NCBI GenBank assembly: GCA_051382305.1
Contig: JBBCAV010000141.1
Coordinates: 1-19,657 of the forward strand
Origin: Bdellovibrionota bacterium FG-2
Lineage (GTDB): Bacteria > Bdellovibrionota > UBA1018
Direction: 5' to 3'
Length of the DNA stretch: 19,657 bases
Positions 7,399-16,018 of the stretch are shown piece after piece. Positions within the stretch are counted from its first letter, which is position 1. Each line of letters opens with the position of its first letter. A program made the position numbers and the translations under genes. The notes under the pieces are model-generated. The model worked only from the letters and a program-made list of their open reading frames with translations. It ran no database searches and was not told the origin of the DNA.

Positions 7399-9700
7399 AC
7401 TTTGGCTTTTTCAGATTCCACTTATTGCGCTTTTTTCGGCCGCATTTTGGATTACTGAAGTAGGGGTTCAAGGGGAGCTTGAAAATCGATTTGTCAGAGA
7501 AACCCTCTTGCCTCCGCTTCAGAGGGTGGCAGCGGTTTATACGGATTTGAAATTTAGAATGCGAGGACCCACAAAATCCAAGAACAAGATCATGATTGTG
7601 GATATCGATGATGAATCGATTAATCTCATTGGACGCTGGCCTTGGTCTCGTGATGCGCAGGCTGAACTGATTCAAGCCGTCTTTAGTTCAGGAGCAAAAG
7701 TCGTAGGGCTTGATATTACCTATTCGGAACCAGAAGTGAGGGTTCCAAGCACATTGGCTGACCAATTGAAGGCGCAAGGTTTAGGAAACCTCCTCGCACC
7801 CTACGATACAGATGGGTTGTTTGCACGACTGATTCAACATTATCGAGATGCGTTAGTCCTCGGTTGGGCTTCTACGGGAGCGTGTCAGCCGTTGTATGAT
7901 CCTGTAGAGTTGTGCCCGATCTTGGATCCTGAGGCCAAAATAGAATTGCCCGAGGGTTTTGATAAATTTAAAATTTCCAGCGTAGTGGGTGCCGCTGGTT
8001 TTGATGTTAAGAAGACGGCGATTCCTTCGGTGTTTCAGTTTCTTCCTAATATTTCTGATTTCAATCGGGTTGCACTCCATTCGGGGAATTTCAATACGGT
8101 TCCTGATAGTGATGGCCTTATTCGGAAGACGAGTCTTTTTCAGCTTGGCAATGGTATTCCTTTTCCATCTCTGGCGCTGGAATTGGCGCGAGTCGGACTT
8201 GGAGAAGACTTGCGTGTGGAGTTTGATTCTCAAGAGAAGGTGAAGGCCATTGGGTTTGTGAACTCCAAACGTGATATTCCAGTGACCCCTTTGGGCGCGA
8301 TGCATACAAATTATCGTGGACCCCGATGGACCTTTGAGTACGTTCCTGCCCATAAGGTTATCGCCCCACCTATACCGTGGAAAAATAACTTTTTTCCACC
8401 GATTCTCAAAGACGCCTATGTCCTGATCGGCACTTCCGCACTCGGGGTGTACGATCTTCGAGTCACGCCGTTTGACACCAATATTCCGGGCGTTGAGATT
8501 CATGCGAACATTTTGGACAATATTCTCTCGGGGGATCCGCTCGTGCCTGGTTCAAGCGGGCTGGGTTCTTTTTGGGTGTTAGGTTTCATGATTTTTGGGG
8601 CGTTGCTGTTCTCTTATGTGTTGCAGCGTTCGGAGGCGATTCCCGCGCTTTTGGTGGTCTTGGGAGTTTTAGCGAGCTTTGTTCTCGTCGATGTGAAGCT
8701 TCTTTTTTCAAATAATCAAAACTGGAACACAAGTTTCTTGCTCCTTGAATTCTTTACTCTCTTTGTGTGTACCGTGGCGGTAAAATATGTCATCGAAGAG
8801 CGAAGCAAGAAGTTTATTCGCGGGGCGTTTTCGAAGTACGTCTCACCCGACATCGTCGATGAGATTCTAAAGGACCCCACAAAGCTTTCATTGGGCGGAG
8901 AAAAGCGCGATTTAACGATTATGTTTTCGGATATCCGTGGCTTCACTACTTTTTCCGAAAAATTGGATGCGAAGACGTTGGCGTCGTTCCTCAATCATTA
9001 TCTGGGCATCATGACGAATCTCGTTTTTGCCAATCAAGGCACGCTCGATAAGTACATCGGGGATGCGGTGATGGCCTTTTGGGGGGCGCCGCTTGGGATT
9101 CCCCTGCACGCCCAAAGGGCCTGCGAATCCGCAGTCGCGATGATGAAGGCGCTGCACGAGAATCAGAAAGTCTTCTTTGATAAATTTGGAATCAAAGTCG
9201 ACATAGGAATCGGCATTAATTCGGGCGTCGTAAATGTGGGCAACATGGGCTCTGAAACGAACTTTGAATATACTGTGATCGGCGATTCGGTGAATCTTGC
9301 GTCGCGAGTTGAGGGCTTAACCAAGTATTACGGGGCGCACATCGTGACAACGCGCTATACGATGGATCGAATTGAGCAGGGCGGCGCGCCACTGCCCCCT
9401 CATCGGGTTTTGGATTTTGCAAAAGTGAAGGGCAAAGATCACGCGGTTGAGCTGATTCAGATTTTTGATGAGGACCTCCCAATTGAAGCGCTCACGCTGT
9501 TTTCGGAAGGTCGCAAGGCTTATTGTGAGAAGCGTTTTAGTGAAGCGATCGAATTATTTGCAAGCTCCAATGCGCGAGTACTCGAGGCGCTCGGACACGA
9601 TGACGGCCCCAGTGTGCTTTACCGCGAGCGGTGCGAGGAGTTCAAACTGCATCCGCCCGAAGAAGATTGGGATGGAAGCTGGAAAATGACGTCTAAGTAA
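7388..9700 (+). CDS. CHASE2-domain class III adenylate cyclase
   Basis: CHASE2 motifs (IVDIDDES, GRWPW.R, GLDITY, D.DG.IR, PGVEIHA), three TM helices, and cyclase motifs FSDIRGFT, DKYIGDAVMA, YTVIGDSVNLASRVEG (Lys/Thr specificity pair, class IIIb-like). Start is GTG 7388 by RBS spacing, or TTG 7382. Confidence 0.93.
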   Translation: MKNKLWLFQIPLIALFSAAFWITEVGVQGELENRFVRETLLPPLQRVAAVYTDLKFRMRGPTKSKNKIMIVDIDDESINLIGRWPWSRDAQAELIQAVFSSGAKVVGLDITYSEPEVRVPSTLADQLKAQGLGNLLAPYDTDGLFARLIQHYRDALVLGWASTGACQPLYDPVELCPILDPEAKIELPEGFDKFKISSVVGAAGFDVKKTAIPSVFQFLPNISDFNRVALHSGNFNTVPDSDGLIRKTSLFQLGNGIPFPSLALELARVGLGEDLRVEFDSQEKVKAIGFVNSKRDIPVTPLGAMHTNYRGPRWTFEYVPAHKVIAPPIPWKNNFFPPILKDAYVLIGTSALGVYDLRVTPFDTNIPGVEIHANILDNILSGDPLVPGSSGLGSFWVLGFMIFGALLFSYVLQRSEAIPALLVVLGVLASFVLVDVKLLFSNNQNWNTSFLLLEFFTLFVCTVAVKYVIEERSKKFIRGAFSKYVSPDIVDEILKDPTKLSLGGEKRDLTIMFSDIRGFTTFSEKLDAKTLASFLNHYLGIMTNLVFANQGTLDKYIGDAVMAFWGAPLGIPLHAQRACESAVAMMKALHENQKVFFDKFGIKVDIGIGINSGVVNVGNMGSETNFEYTVIGDSVNLASRVEGLTKYYGAHIVTTRYTMDRIEQGGAPLPPHRVLDFAKVKGKDHAVELIQIFDEDLPIEALTLFSEGRKAYCEKRFSEAIELFASSNARVLEALGHDDGPSVLYRERCEEFKLHPPEEDWDGSWKMTSK

Positions 9701-9746
9701 GTGGGCTGGCGGGCTACGGGGATGCGTCGAATCAGCCTAGAAGTTC

Positions 9747-9776
9747 GTGCGTGCAATACCATTGCCCCACTGCTAC
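9747..9776 (-). repeat. REP-like element: GTAG tetranucleotide followed by an imperfect palindrome
   Basis: Minus strand reads GTAG-CA-GTGGGGCAAT-GGT-ATTGCACGCAC (9 bp with one mismatch and one bulge), 10 bp upstream of the HUH gene ATG. Only one full copy is in the window. Confidence 0.4.
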
Positions 9777-9786
9777 CCAAGATTCC

Positions 9787-10410
9787 ATGAAACCGCAGCA
9801 ACCCTTTTTCCCCGGCTTAAATCGCAGAACCCAAGACGATGCCCATGGCGGAAATCACACCAAGGGCAAGCGTAAGGTGCAGCGGCCGTTCGACCCCAAG
9901 CAAGCACTTCATGTTGTATTGCGATCGAGCAAAGCTCGGGGGGAATTCTCAATGCTGCGACCGCGGAACTGTAATCACATCCGTGACCTCGTGAGTCGGC
10001 TAAAAGATCGTTGGGGGATCTCGGTTTATCGATACGCAAACGTGGGAAACCATCTCCATTTATTGATTCGCGCTCGGTCGCGCACGCAGTGGAAGGGCTT
10101 CATTCGTGAACTCGCCGGAGGAATCGCGATGATCGTGACCGGGGCTCGCAAAGGAAACGCGCTGACCCGAGCAAAGAGTGCGAGACGAGGATTTTGGGAT
10201 GAACTCGTTTACTCGCGCATCGTGAGCTTTGGGTGGGATTTTAATGTGGTTTCACGATACGTGATCAAGAATCTGTGGGAAGGTTTCGGTGTGCCCGTGC
10301 GAAAATTTCTTGCAAAAGGCTATCGAATTCTCGAAATCAGCGAAGATGGCGGCGTCTTTATTCATGCAAACGCCACTGCGGATATTCTGGCTGCACTTAA
10401 ACCGGGGTAG
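9787..10410 (+). CDS. HUH/Y1 tyrosine transposase-like protein (RAYT/IS200 TnpA superfamily)
   Basis: ALHVVLR first strand, NHLHLL HUH motif (10051-10059), FW...YSR, and helix YVIKN with the putative catalytic Tyr (10258-10260). Basic N-terminal extension HGG...KGKRKVQRPF. No tnpB follows. Confidence 0.8.
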   Translation: MKPQQPFFPGLNRRTQDDAHGGNHTKGKRKVQRPFDPKQALHVVLRSSKARGEFSMLRPRNCNHIRDLVSRLKDRWGISVYRYANVGNHLHLLIRARSRTQWKGFIRELAGGIAMIVTGARKGNALTRAKSARRGFWDELVYSRIVSFGWDFNVVSRYVIKNLWEGFGVPVRKFLAKGYRILEISEDGGVFIHANATADILAALKPG

Positions 10411-10450
10411 ATCCTAGGCGTTTGATGGTAAAATTCATGTGATTCCTCCT

Positions 10451-11458
10451 TCACCCAAAATGCCGAAACGGGTGCCCCTTCGGTTTCACACGCCGGCCCT
10501 GCTCAAAATATTCGAGCCTTCCTGGGTTCGCCGTCACGCGACCGATTTGAAAAAGGGGACGCCCGAAACGATTCTTAAACTCCCCCGAAACCCGGTTAAT
10601 TGCAGACTCGTTCACCGTGCAAAGCAGACAATAATCTTCGCCCCCCATCAGCGCGACCTGAACGGGCGATGTTCTAAAGGCCTTACAAAATCTTGCCAAC
10701 GCCCCCGAGATCGGCAGATCATCGACAAATACCATTGCCCCACACTGGGAGGCTTCGAGAATGTGGGGGAGGTCAGAATGAATTCCATCAGAGACATCCA
10801 TCATCGCATGAACAGCGCTGTGACAAGCTAGCCAGGTGCCCTCGTCCAATCGCGGCCTAGGCCGAAAATGCGCGCGCAACAATGACTTTTGATCGCGCGC
10901 AGAGAGCCTCGATACTACCGACGCTCCCGCTTTAACCAACCCAAGCCCTCCCGCGGAATCCCCCAAAAATCCTGTCACGCAAATCACATCTCCCACGCAA
11001 GCCCCCGATCGGAGCTTGATCCGCGTAGAGTTTGCGCGGCCTAGCACGCAGATGTTGATCGTTATCGAAGTTTCGGACCCTGTGGTATCTCCACCTAGAA
11101 GAGGGGTGTGAAATTCTGTGGCGCACTTGTGAAGTCCCTTTAGGAAGAGCCGCGCCCAGTTCGGCTCCAGATTCTTGGGCAGGGCTAGACTCAGGAAAAA
11201 GGCAGTGGGTCGGCCCCCCATGGCTGCGATGTCGCTTAAGTTCACGGCCAGCGCCTTGTAGCCAATATCCTGCGGCTGAGATTTTGCGCGAAAAAAATGT
11301 ACGCCTTCCGTGAGAAGGTCGGTGGTGACGAGGAGGCGCTCATTTTCACCGGTAAAGCCCGGAAGGACTGCACAATCGTCTCCAATCCCCAAAGTGCCCG
11401 GGGGTACGAGTGTCGAAAACTTTCTGGCGATTTGTGCGATAAATTCAAACTCTTCCAT
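10451..11458 (-). CDS. thiL: Thiamine-monophosphate kinase
   Basis: MEEFEFI start, GIGDDCAVL, TTDLLTEGVHF, AVNLSDIAAMGG, GGDT, DVSDG, GGEDY and C-terminal F.HF. The true start is ATG 11458, not 11620. Confidence 0.96.
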   Translation of the reverse strand: MEEFEFIAQIARKFSTLVPPGTLGIGDDCAVLPGFTGENERLLVTTDLLTEGVHFFRAKSQPQDIGYKALAVNLSDIAAMGGRPTAFFLSLALPKNLEPNWARLFLKGLHKCATEFHTPLLGGDTTGSETSITINICVLGRANSTRIKLRSGACVGDVICVTGFLGDSAGGLGLVKAGASVVSRLSARDQKSLLRAHFRPRPRLDEGTWLACHSAVHAMMDVSDGIHSDLPHILEASQCGAMVFVDDLPISGALARFCKAFRTSPVQVALMGGEDYCLLCTVNESAINRVSGEFKNRFGRPLFQIGRVTANPGRLEYFEQGRRVKPKGHPFRHFG

Positions 11459-11464
11459 GTTCGG

Positions 11465-11495
11465 ATTATCGAATACCTTGAAAACGGTTTTAAGG
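11465..11495 (-). promoter_or_regulatory. Putative sigma70 promoter of thiL (TTAAAA-N17-GATAAT), probably leaderless, overlapped by a 20-bp palindrome
   Basis: -35 at 11488-11493, -10 at 11465-11470, 6 nt to the ATG and no SD. Palindrome CCTTGAAAACGGTTTTAAGG at 11476-11495. Confidence 0.45.
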
Positions 11496-11635
11496 CGAGG
11501 GGCGCTTCGGTATGGCGCACTGCGCGCAGCCCCGCGCGTACCCAGGAGTTGAAGACGTGAAACTAGACATGCGCTGCATCCTTTGTTATGCCTGCCGCAA
11601 AACCTAAACTTACATCTCATGAAGGGGGATCCCGT

Positions 11636-12475
11636 ATGAAGTTTGCTCGTGTATTCTTAGCTCTTGCTTTAGCGTTAACACTTAGCCAAGCGCAGCTCGC
11701 ACAGGCTGCTAAAAAGAAATCAAAGTCTGCCGCTGCAGCGCAGACCCAAGTTGCCGTACCTGTTGACGCGACCACGACCTCAAACACGCAAATGCAAAAT
11801 ATGGAGCAACCTAATCCCTTGGCAGGTCTCTCGGTTCGGCCGATCGTGGGTGTTTCTTTTATGAATCCTACAGCATTGAATTCTACCGTCATGGACAACT
11901 TCAATAACGAAACTGGAATTAAAGTCGGAAGCGCTGCTACTTTTGGCGTTGCCACGGATTACGCGGTTTGGTCACGTAATGTATTTGTTGGCCTTCGTTT
12001 CGATGCGATCAAATCAAGTTCAAGCGCCATATCGATTAGCGCCAACAACGCGGGTACTGCTCAATCAAGCTTAAGTGCCTATCCTTTAATGGCGACAGTG
12101 AGCGCAATGTACCCCGTTGTTTCCAAGGTCTCTTTTGGTGCAACCGTGGGCGCAGGTTATGCCTTTGGGTATAAGTTTGCTTGTGACCTTTCGGGTTCAA
12201 CCGATAAAGCGAATGCTCCTAACGGCACCCTGGCTTATAGCGCAACTCCTGTGACCGGGCTGGGGTTGGCTTTTGCGAACATCGATTTTACCCCTCATTT
12301 TGCACTTCGTATCGAAGGCGGTTATCGCTTGCTTTCCAGCAATCAGCTGATAGCGACTGATAAGTGGGGTGCGAAAGTCAGAGAAGGTGATCTTCTCAAG
12401 GATTCGAACAATTCAAACCTGACCGTGGATGGAAATTCTATGTTCACCGGTCTTTCTCTCTCTTATACGCTCTAA
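11636..12475 (+). CDS. Exported outer-membrane beta-barrel protein (OmpA/OmpW-like barrel), function unknown
   Basis: Signal peptide MKFARV...AQA, low-complexity linker, amphipathic strands, C-terminal TGLSLSYTL strand, and a GAAGGGGGA RBS. Confidence 0.7.
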   Translation: MKFARVFLALALALTLSQAQLAQAAKKKSKSAAAAQTQVAVPVDATTTSNTQMQNMEQPNPLAGLSVRPIVGVSFMNPTALNSTVMDNFNNETGIKVGSAATFGVATDYAVWSRNVFVGLRFDAIKSSSSAISISANNAGTAQSSLSAYPLMATVSAMYPVVSKVSFGATVGAGYAFGYKFACDLSGSTDKANAPNGTLAYSATPVTGLGLAFANIDFTPHFALRIEGGYRLLSSNQLIATDKWGAKVREGDLLKDSNNSNLTVDGNSMFTGLSLSYTL

Positions 12476-12494
12476 CTGATACGTGACTTTTCGG

Positions 12495-12533
12495 GGGCGG
12501 ATTTGGTTTAAGTTCTGAGCCGCCCTTATTTTT
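12495..12533 (+). terminator. Probable intrinsic terminator after the beta-barrel gene
   Basis: GGGCGG...CCGCCC stem extended by G-U pairs, followed by TTATTTTT. Confidence 0.55.
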
Positions 12534-12578
12534 GCCGTCCCCAGGGCCTTATGCCGAAACTTATAGAGGAATCGATTT

Positions 12579-13994
12579 ATGTTAGACGTCGTGAAGAACT
12601 ATTTCGCAGAATTTAAGGTCCTTAAGACCGCGTCGCGTGAGTTTTGGCTCATTAACGTCATTACGTTTTTGGATATGTTGGCCTACTTTTCGACGGTCAA
12701 CATTATCACGCTCTATCTCACGACGAATGTGGGCTTCAACGACCTGGATTCGGGCGCTTGGGTGGGAATCTACTCGCTCTATGTCACGGCCTTTATTTTT
12801 GGGGTGGGTGCCGTCTGTGACGTGATTGGGATCAAAAAATCATATTACATCGGAATCATTCTCTTGATCATTTCCCGCTTCGGTATGGGCGTGGCCCCAA
12901 ACTTTTTGACGGGCGAGACCCTAAAACATGTCGTGGTCGTGTTTCTTTTGATGATGTCTTTAGGGATTGCATTCATGGGGCCCATTCATAATACAGCAAT
13001 GCGTCGGTTTACGACCAAAGAGAACCGCTCCACTGGGTTTAATGTCTATTACCTCATCATGAACGTGGGCGCTATTTTTGCGGGTTTTGCCGTGACGGAT
13101 GGATTTCGAAACTGGTTAGGCGACGTTAAAGGCAACTTGGCCATCATGGATTTTGCTTTCGTCATGTATTTGATTTGTTTTGTCTGCACCTGGCTCATCA
13201 ATGAAAACAATTACTCGGATCAATCTGAGCGCACCGATACCAAGGAGTTGCTAAAAACGCGGCCTTTGCAAGTGTTCTTGAGCGTGTGGAAAGAGAAACC
13301 GTTTCGCAGGCTCGTCTTGTTCTTGATGTTTACCATTGGGGTTCGCCTCGTATTTACGCATCAGTTCCTGGTCATGCCTAAATACTATACGCGCGTGCTT
13401 TACGGAGACTTCGATCTTGGATTGGCGAACTCCATTAATCCTTTCATCATTATTGTGGGGTTAATCCTGTTGATTCCTATCATCAATAAGTTTGATACTT
13501 TCAAACTCATTGTGGTGGGGATGGCAGTCTCGGCGTCTTCGCTTATCTTTATGGCGCTTCCCATTCAGTGGTTTTTGGCTGTACCCGGAATCCATAATCT
13601 GAGTCAGGCCTACAAGTTTGTGATCTTCGCGCAGATCACCGTTTTCGCGTTAGGGGAGCTGCTCTTTTCTCCGCGGTTCACGGAGTATATTGCGGTCGTG
13701 GCTCCCAACGATAAAGTCGCTTCTTACATGAGTTTAGCGGCGCTACCGATGTTTATCGCAAAGCCCATTAACGGCTTCATCAGTGGGATCTTAGTCGCCG
13801 GTTTCTCTTACGAAGGGATTCGCGCTAAAATCGATTCGGGCAATATCGCTTATGGGGATTCGCCGGAGTTTATGTGGTTGGTGTACTTTGGGGCGGCGCT
13901 CATCAGCCCGATTGCGGTGATTGCGATGAAGCGCGTGCTCACGTCGTCCCATGAAGAAAAGAAGGCGGCCGATCTCGCGGCCCAGGAGAGTTGA
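12579..13994 (+). CDS. MFS transporter, POT/PTR2 peptide-transporter-like
   Basis: About 12 TM segments; GFNVYYLIMNVGA, SINPFII and GELLFSP...EYIAVVAP motifs typical of POT-like MFS proteins; AGAGGA RBS. Confidence 0.82.
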   Translation: MLDVVKNYFAEFKVLKTASREFWLINVITFLDMLAYFSTVNIITLYLTTNVGFNDLDSGAWVGIYSLYVTAFIFGVGAVCDVIGIKKSYYIGIILLIISRFGMGVAPNFLTGETLKHVVVVFLLMMSLGIAFMGPIHNTAMRRFTTKENRSTGFNVYYLIMNVGAIFAGFAVTDGFRNWLGDVKGNLAIMDFAFVMYLICFVCTWLINENNYSDQSERTDTKELLKTRPLQVFLSVWKEKPFRRLVLFLMFTIGVRLVFTHQFLVMPKYYTRVLYGDFDLGLANSINPFIIIVGLILLIPIINKFDTFKLIVVGMAVSASSLIFMALPIQWFLAVPGIHNLSQAYKFVIFAQITVFALGELLFSPRFTEYIAVVAPNDKVASYMSLAALPMFIAKPINGFISGILVAGFSYEGIRAKIDSGNIAYGDSPEFMWLVYFGAALISPIAVIAMKRVLTSSHEEKKAADLAAQES

Positions 13995-13996
13995 AT

Positions 13997-14683
13997 ATGA
14001 AACAATACGCTGCAGTCATTAAAGATGGAATTATTCTCCTCGTAGTCTCGACTCTTTTTGTCACGGTTTGCAATCAGTTCTTCAAGGGGCTGAAGAAGTC
14101 GGTAGCCACAGACCCCATGATCACGGCCGTGGTCCAAGGAAAGCTTGAGGGCCTAGAGGCGGGGTTAGGGGACCAAGCCTATGCAGATGCTGATAAAAAA
14201 GAATTTGCAACAAAAGAGCTTTTTCAAAAAAATCGGGCAAACCGCCAAGACGAGTTCGGCAGAACGCCTTTGATGTGGGTGGCCTACGCTAATTTTTCGG
14301 ACGCCAAAGAGACGCAGGAACTTGATAAGAAGCGTTTAGCTTTTGTTGAATTCATGGCAAAAAACGGCGCGGATTTGAACGCCAAAGATAAAGACGGTTG
14401 GACGCCACTGATGTGGGCTTCTTGGAGCGGTTTGAATCAGGTGGCCGCAAAGCTCGTGGAACTTGGCGCAAGCGGAGAGGGCTCTGATCGGCAGGGCAAC
14501 ACGGCACTGACTTTGGCTTCCCAAAAAGGGAACGCTGAGATCGTGAAACTCTTGCTTTCAAAAAATGTCGACAAAGGGTTTATCACGAAGTCTGGCAAAA
14601 AAGCCGCAGACTTCGCGCGTGAAGGTCTGAGCCAGTTCCCTGAAAAAGCAGCACAGTATCAGAGTATTCTTGGAGTGCTTTGA
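13997..14683 (+). CDS. Ankyrin-repeat protein with an N-terminal membrane anchor
   Basis: GRTPLMWVA, GADLNAKDKDGWTPLMWAS, GNTALTLAS and GKKAADFA repeats. AGGAG RBS 8 nt before the ATG; starts 2 bp after the MFS stop. Confidence 0.9.
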   Translation: MKQYAAVIKDGIILLVVSTLFVTVCNQFFKGLKKSVATDPMITAVVQGKLEGLEAGLGDQAYADADKKEFATKELFQKNRANRQDEFGRTPLMWVAYANFSDAKETQELDKKRLAFVEFMAKNGADLNAKDKDGWTPLMWASWSGLNQVAAKLVELGASGEGSDRQGNTALTLASQKGNAEIVKLLLSKNVDKGFITKSGKKAADFAREGLSQFPEKAAQYQSILGVL

Positions 14684-14692
14684 GAGAGTGCT

Positions 14693-15901
14693 TTAGGCTT
14701 TCGCGAAAAACTCTTTGAGCGCCTTGATTCCTTCTTGGACCATCGGGGTGGCACAGCTATAGGCAAAACGAATAGCGTCTTCGCAATGCACACCAAAGCT
14801 ATCGCCGGGGGCGCTACCAATCCCTTGTTCCGCAAGCCGATTTGAAATTTCATCGGCGCTTTTTACCCCGAGTCTTTTATAAAGCTCAGGATCGATTTTG
14901 CACCAAATGTAGAACGCACCTTGAGGGGTAAAGGTGTGTAGGCCTGGAATGCCCTTTAAACCCTCGAGCATCAAATCGCGCCGGATGCGGTATTCTTTTT
15001 TCATGGAGTCGAGATGCGTCTCAGGGGTTCGCACGGCCTCAATAGAAGCCCACTGCGCGATGCTGTTCACCCCGTTGATGGTGCAACGAAGTAGTTTCGA
15101 AATGCGTTCACGAATCAGATCGTCTTGCGTCACGATATAGCCCACTCGCAAACCGCTCATGGCGTAGGATTTGGAAAACGAAAAAATGCTGATGATCTTG
15201 CGGTTCATCGTTTGAAGATCGGTTCCCTGATAGAGCTCTTGGGCAAGAGCCGCAAGCGAGTAGTGTTTGGCATCGTAAACGACATCCTCATAGGCTTCGT
15301 CGGTGACAATGTAGAGGCCTTTTCTTTGTGCGAGTGCAAGAATTTGGGTGAGATTTTCACGATCTAAGACGGAGCCTGTGGGGTTATGAGGGGAGTTGAT
15401 GAAGATCGCTTTTGTTTTGGAAGTGATCTTGCTCTCGATTTCGGCAGCTTCGTAGACGTAGCCTTTGTCGTGATTAAGAATGACGGGGACGGGGGTTCCC
15501 TCGGCCAAGCGAATGTTCTCCACGGCCTCGGTCCACATGGGATCCGGCACAATGACTTCATCGCCCTTATCTAGGAGACATTGCCACAGGACATAAAGTG
15601 CGTGCATGGCGCCATTGGTGACGTAAATACAATCTGAGCTGGGGAGCGTGATCTTGTTTTTGGCTTCAAGCTTCTTGCGAAGTTCGTTTTTGAGTTCGGG
15701 GATGCCGTCGTTGGGAATGTAGTGGGTTTTGCCGGTTTCTGCGGCCGTTCTTATGCCCTGAATCACCTGATCAGAGACGCTGAAGCTTGGGTCGCCGGAT
15801 TCGAAGCGGTAGACTTTCTTGCCCGTAGCTTGAGTCTTTAAGAGGCGCTCGCGAATTTGCACGATTTTCCCAAAAGACACCCGATCCAATTTATTGCTCA
15901 T
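14693..15901 (-). CDS. PLP-dependent class I/II aminotransferase (aspartate aminotransferase-like)
   Basis: GDPSF, Y...G..EL, TNGA, NSPHNPTG, DEAY, SFSKSYAMSGLRVG (PLP Lys), GAFY and IRFAY. GGGAGA RBS supports ATG 15901. Confidence 0.93.
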   Translation of the reverse strand: MSNKLDRVSFGKIVQIRERLLKTQATGKKVYRFESGDPSFSVSDQVIQGIRTAAETGKTHYIPNDGIPELKNELRKKLEAKNKITLPSSDCIYVTNGAMHALYVLWQCLLDKGDEVIVPDPMWTEAVENIRLAEGTPVPVILNHDKGYVYEAAEIESKITSKTKAIFINSPHNPTGSVLDRENLTQILALAQRKGLYIVTDEAYEDVVYDAKHYSLAALAQELYQGTDLQTMNRKIISIFSFSKSYAMSGLRVGYIVTQDDLIRERISKLLRCTINGVNSIAQWASIEAVRTPETHLDSMKKEYRIRRDLMLEGLKGIPGLHTFTPQGAFYIWCKIDPELYKRLGVKSADEISNRLAEQGIGSAPGDSFGVHCEDAIRFAYSCATPMVQEGIKALKEFFAKA

Positions 15902-16018
15902 GATGTGTTCTCCCTGAGCTACTATAAACGAAGAGCGGCGGCTTAGGCTAGGGTCCATTTTTGAACGAGTGAAAATGTCGGTTGTGACGCCTCGGCTGCG
16001 TGGGGTAGCATAGGGGCT

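Noticed and set aside
6710..7675. 321-aa minus-strand ORF and other long shadow ORFs (e.g. 7853..8503, 6957..7421)
   Set aside because: They are antisense to well-supported genes, have no recognisable motifs, and are explained by codon bias of the real genes.
9619..9801. Minus-strand ORF containing GAMV as a duplicated thiL fragment
   Set aside because: Similarity does not extend convincingly beyond about 20 nt, so it is reported only as a short repeat.
9736..10417. CCTAG direct repeats flanking the HUH gene as a target-site duplication
   Set aside because: Only 5 bp, CTAG occurs repeatedly in this window, and HUH transposases do not make target duplications.
11459..11620. N-terminal extensions in the ORF track for thiL, the beta-barrel gene (11588) and the aminotransferase (16075)
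   Set aside because: Family homology and RBS or promoter positions support the internal ATGs at 11458, 11636 and 15901.
11459..11635. TPP riboswitch upstream of thiL
   Set aside because: No CTGAGA or CCTGA...AGGGA core on either strand, and the gene appears leaderless.
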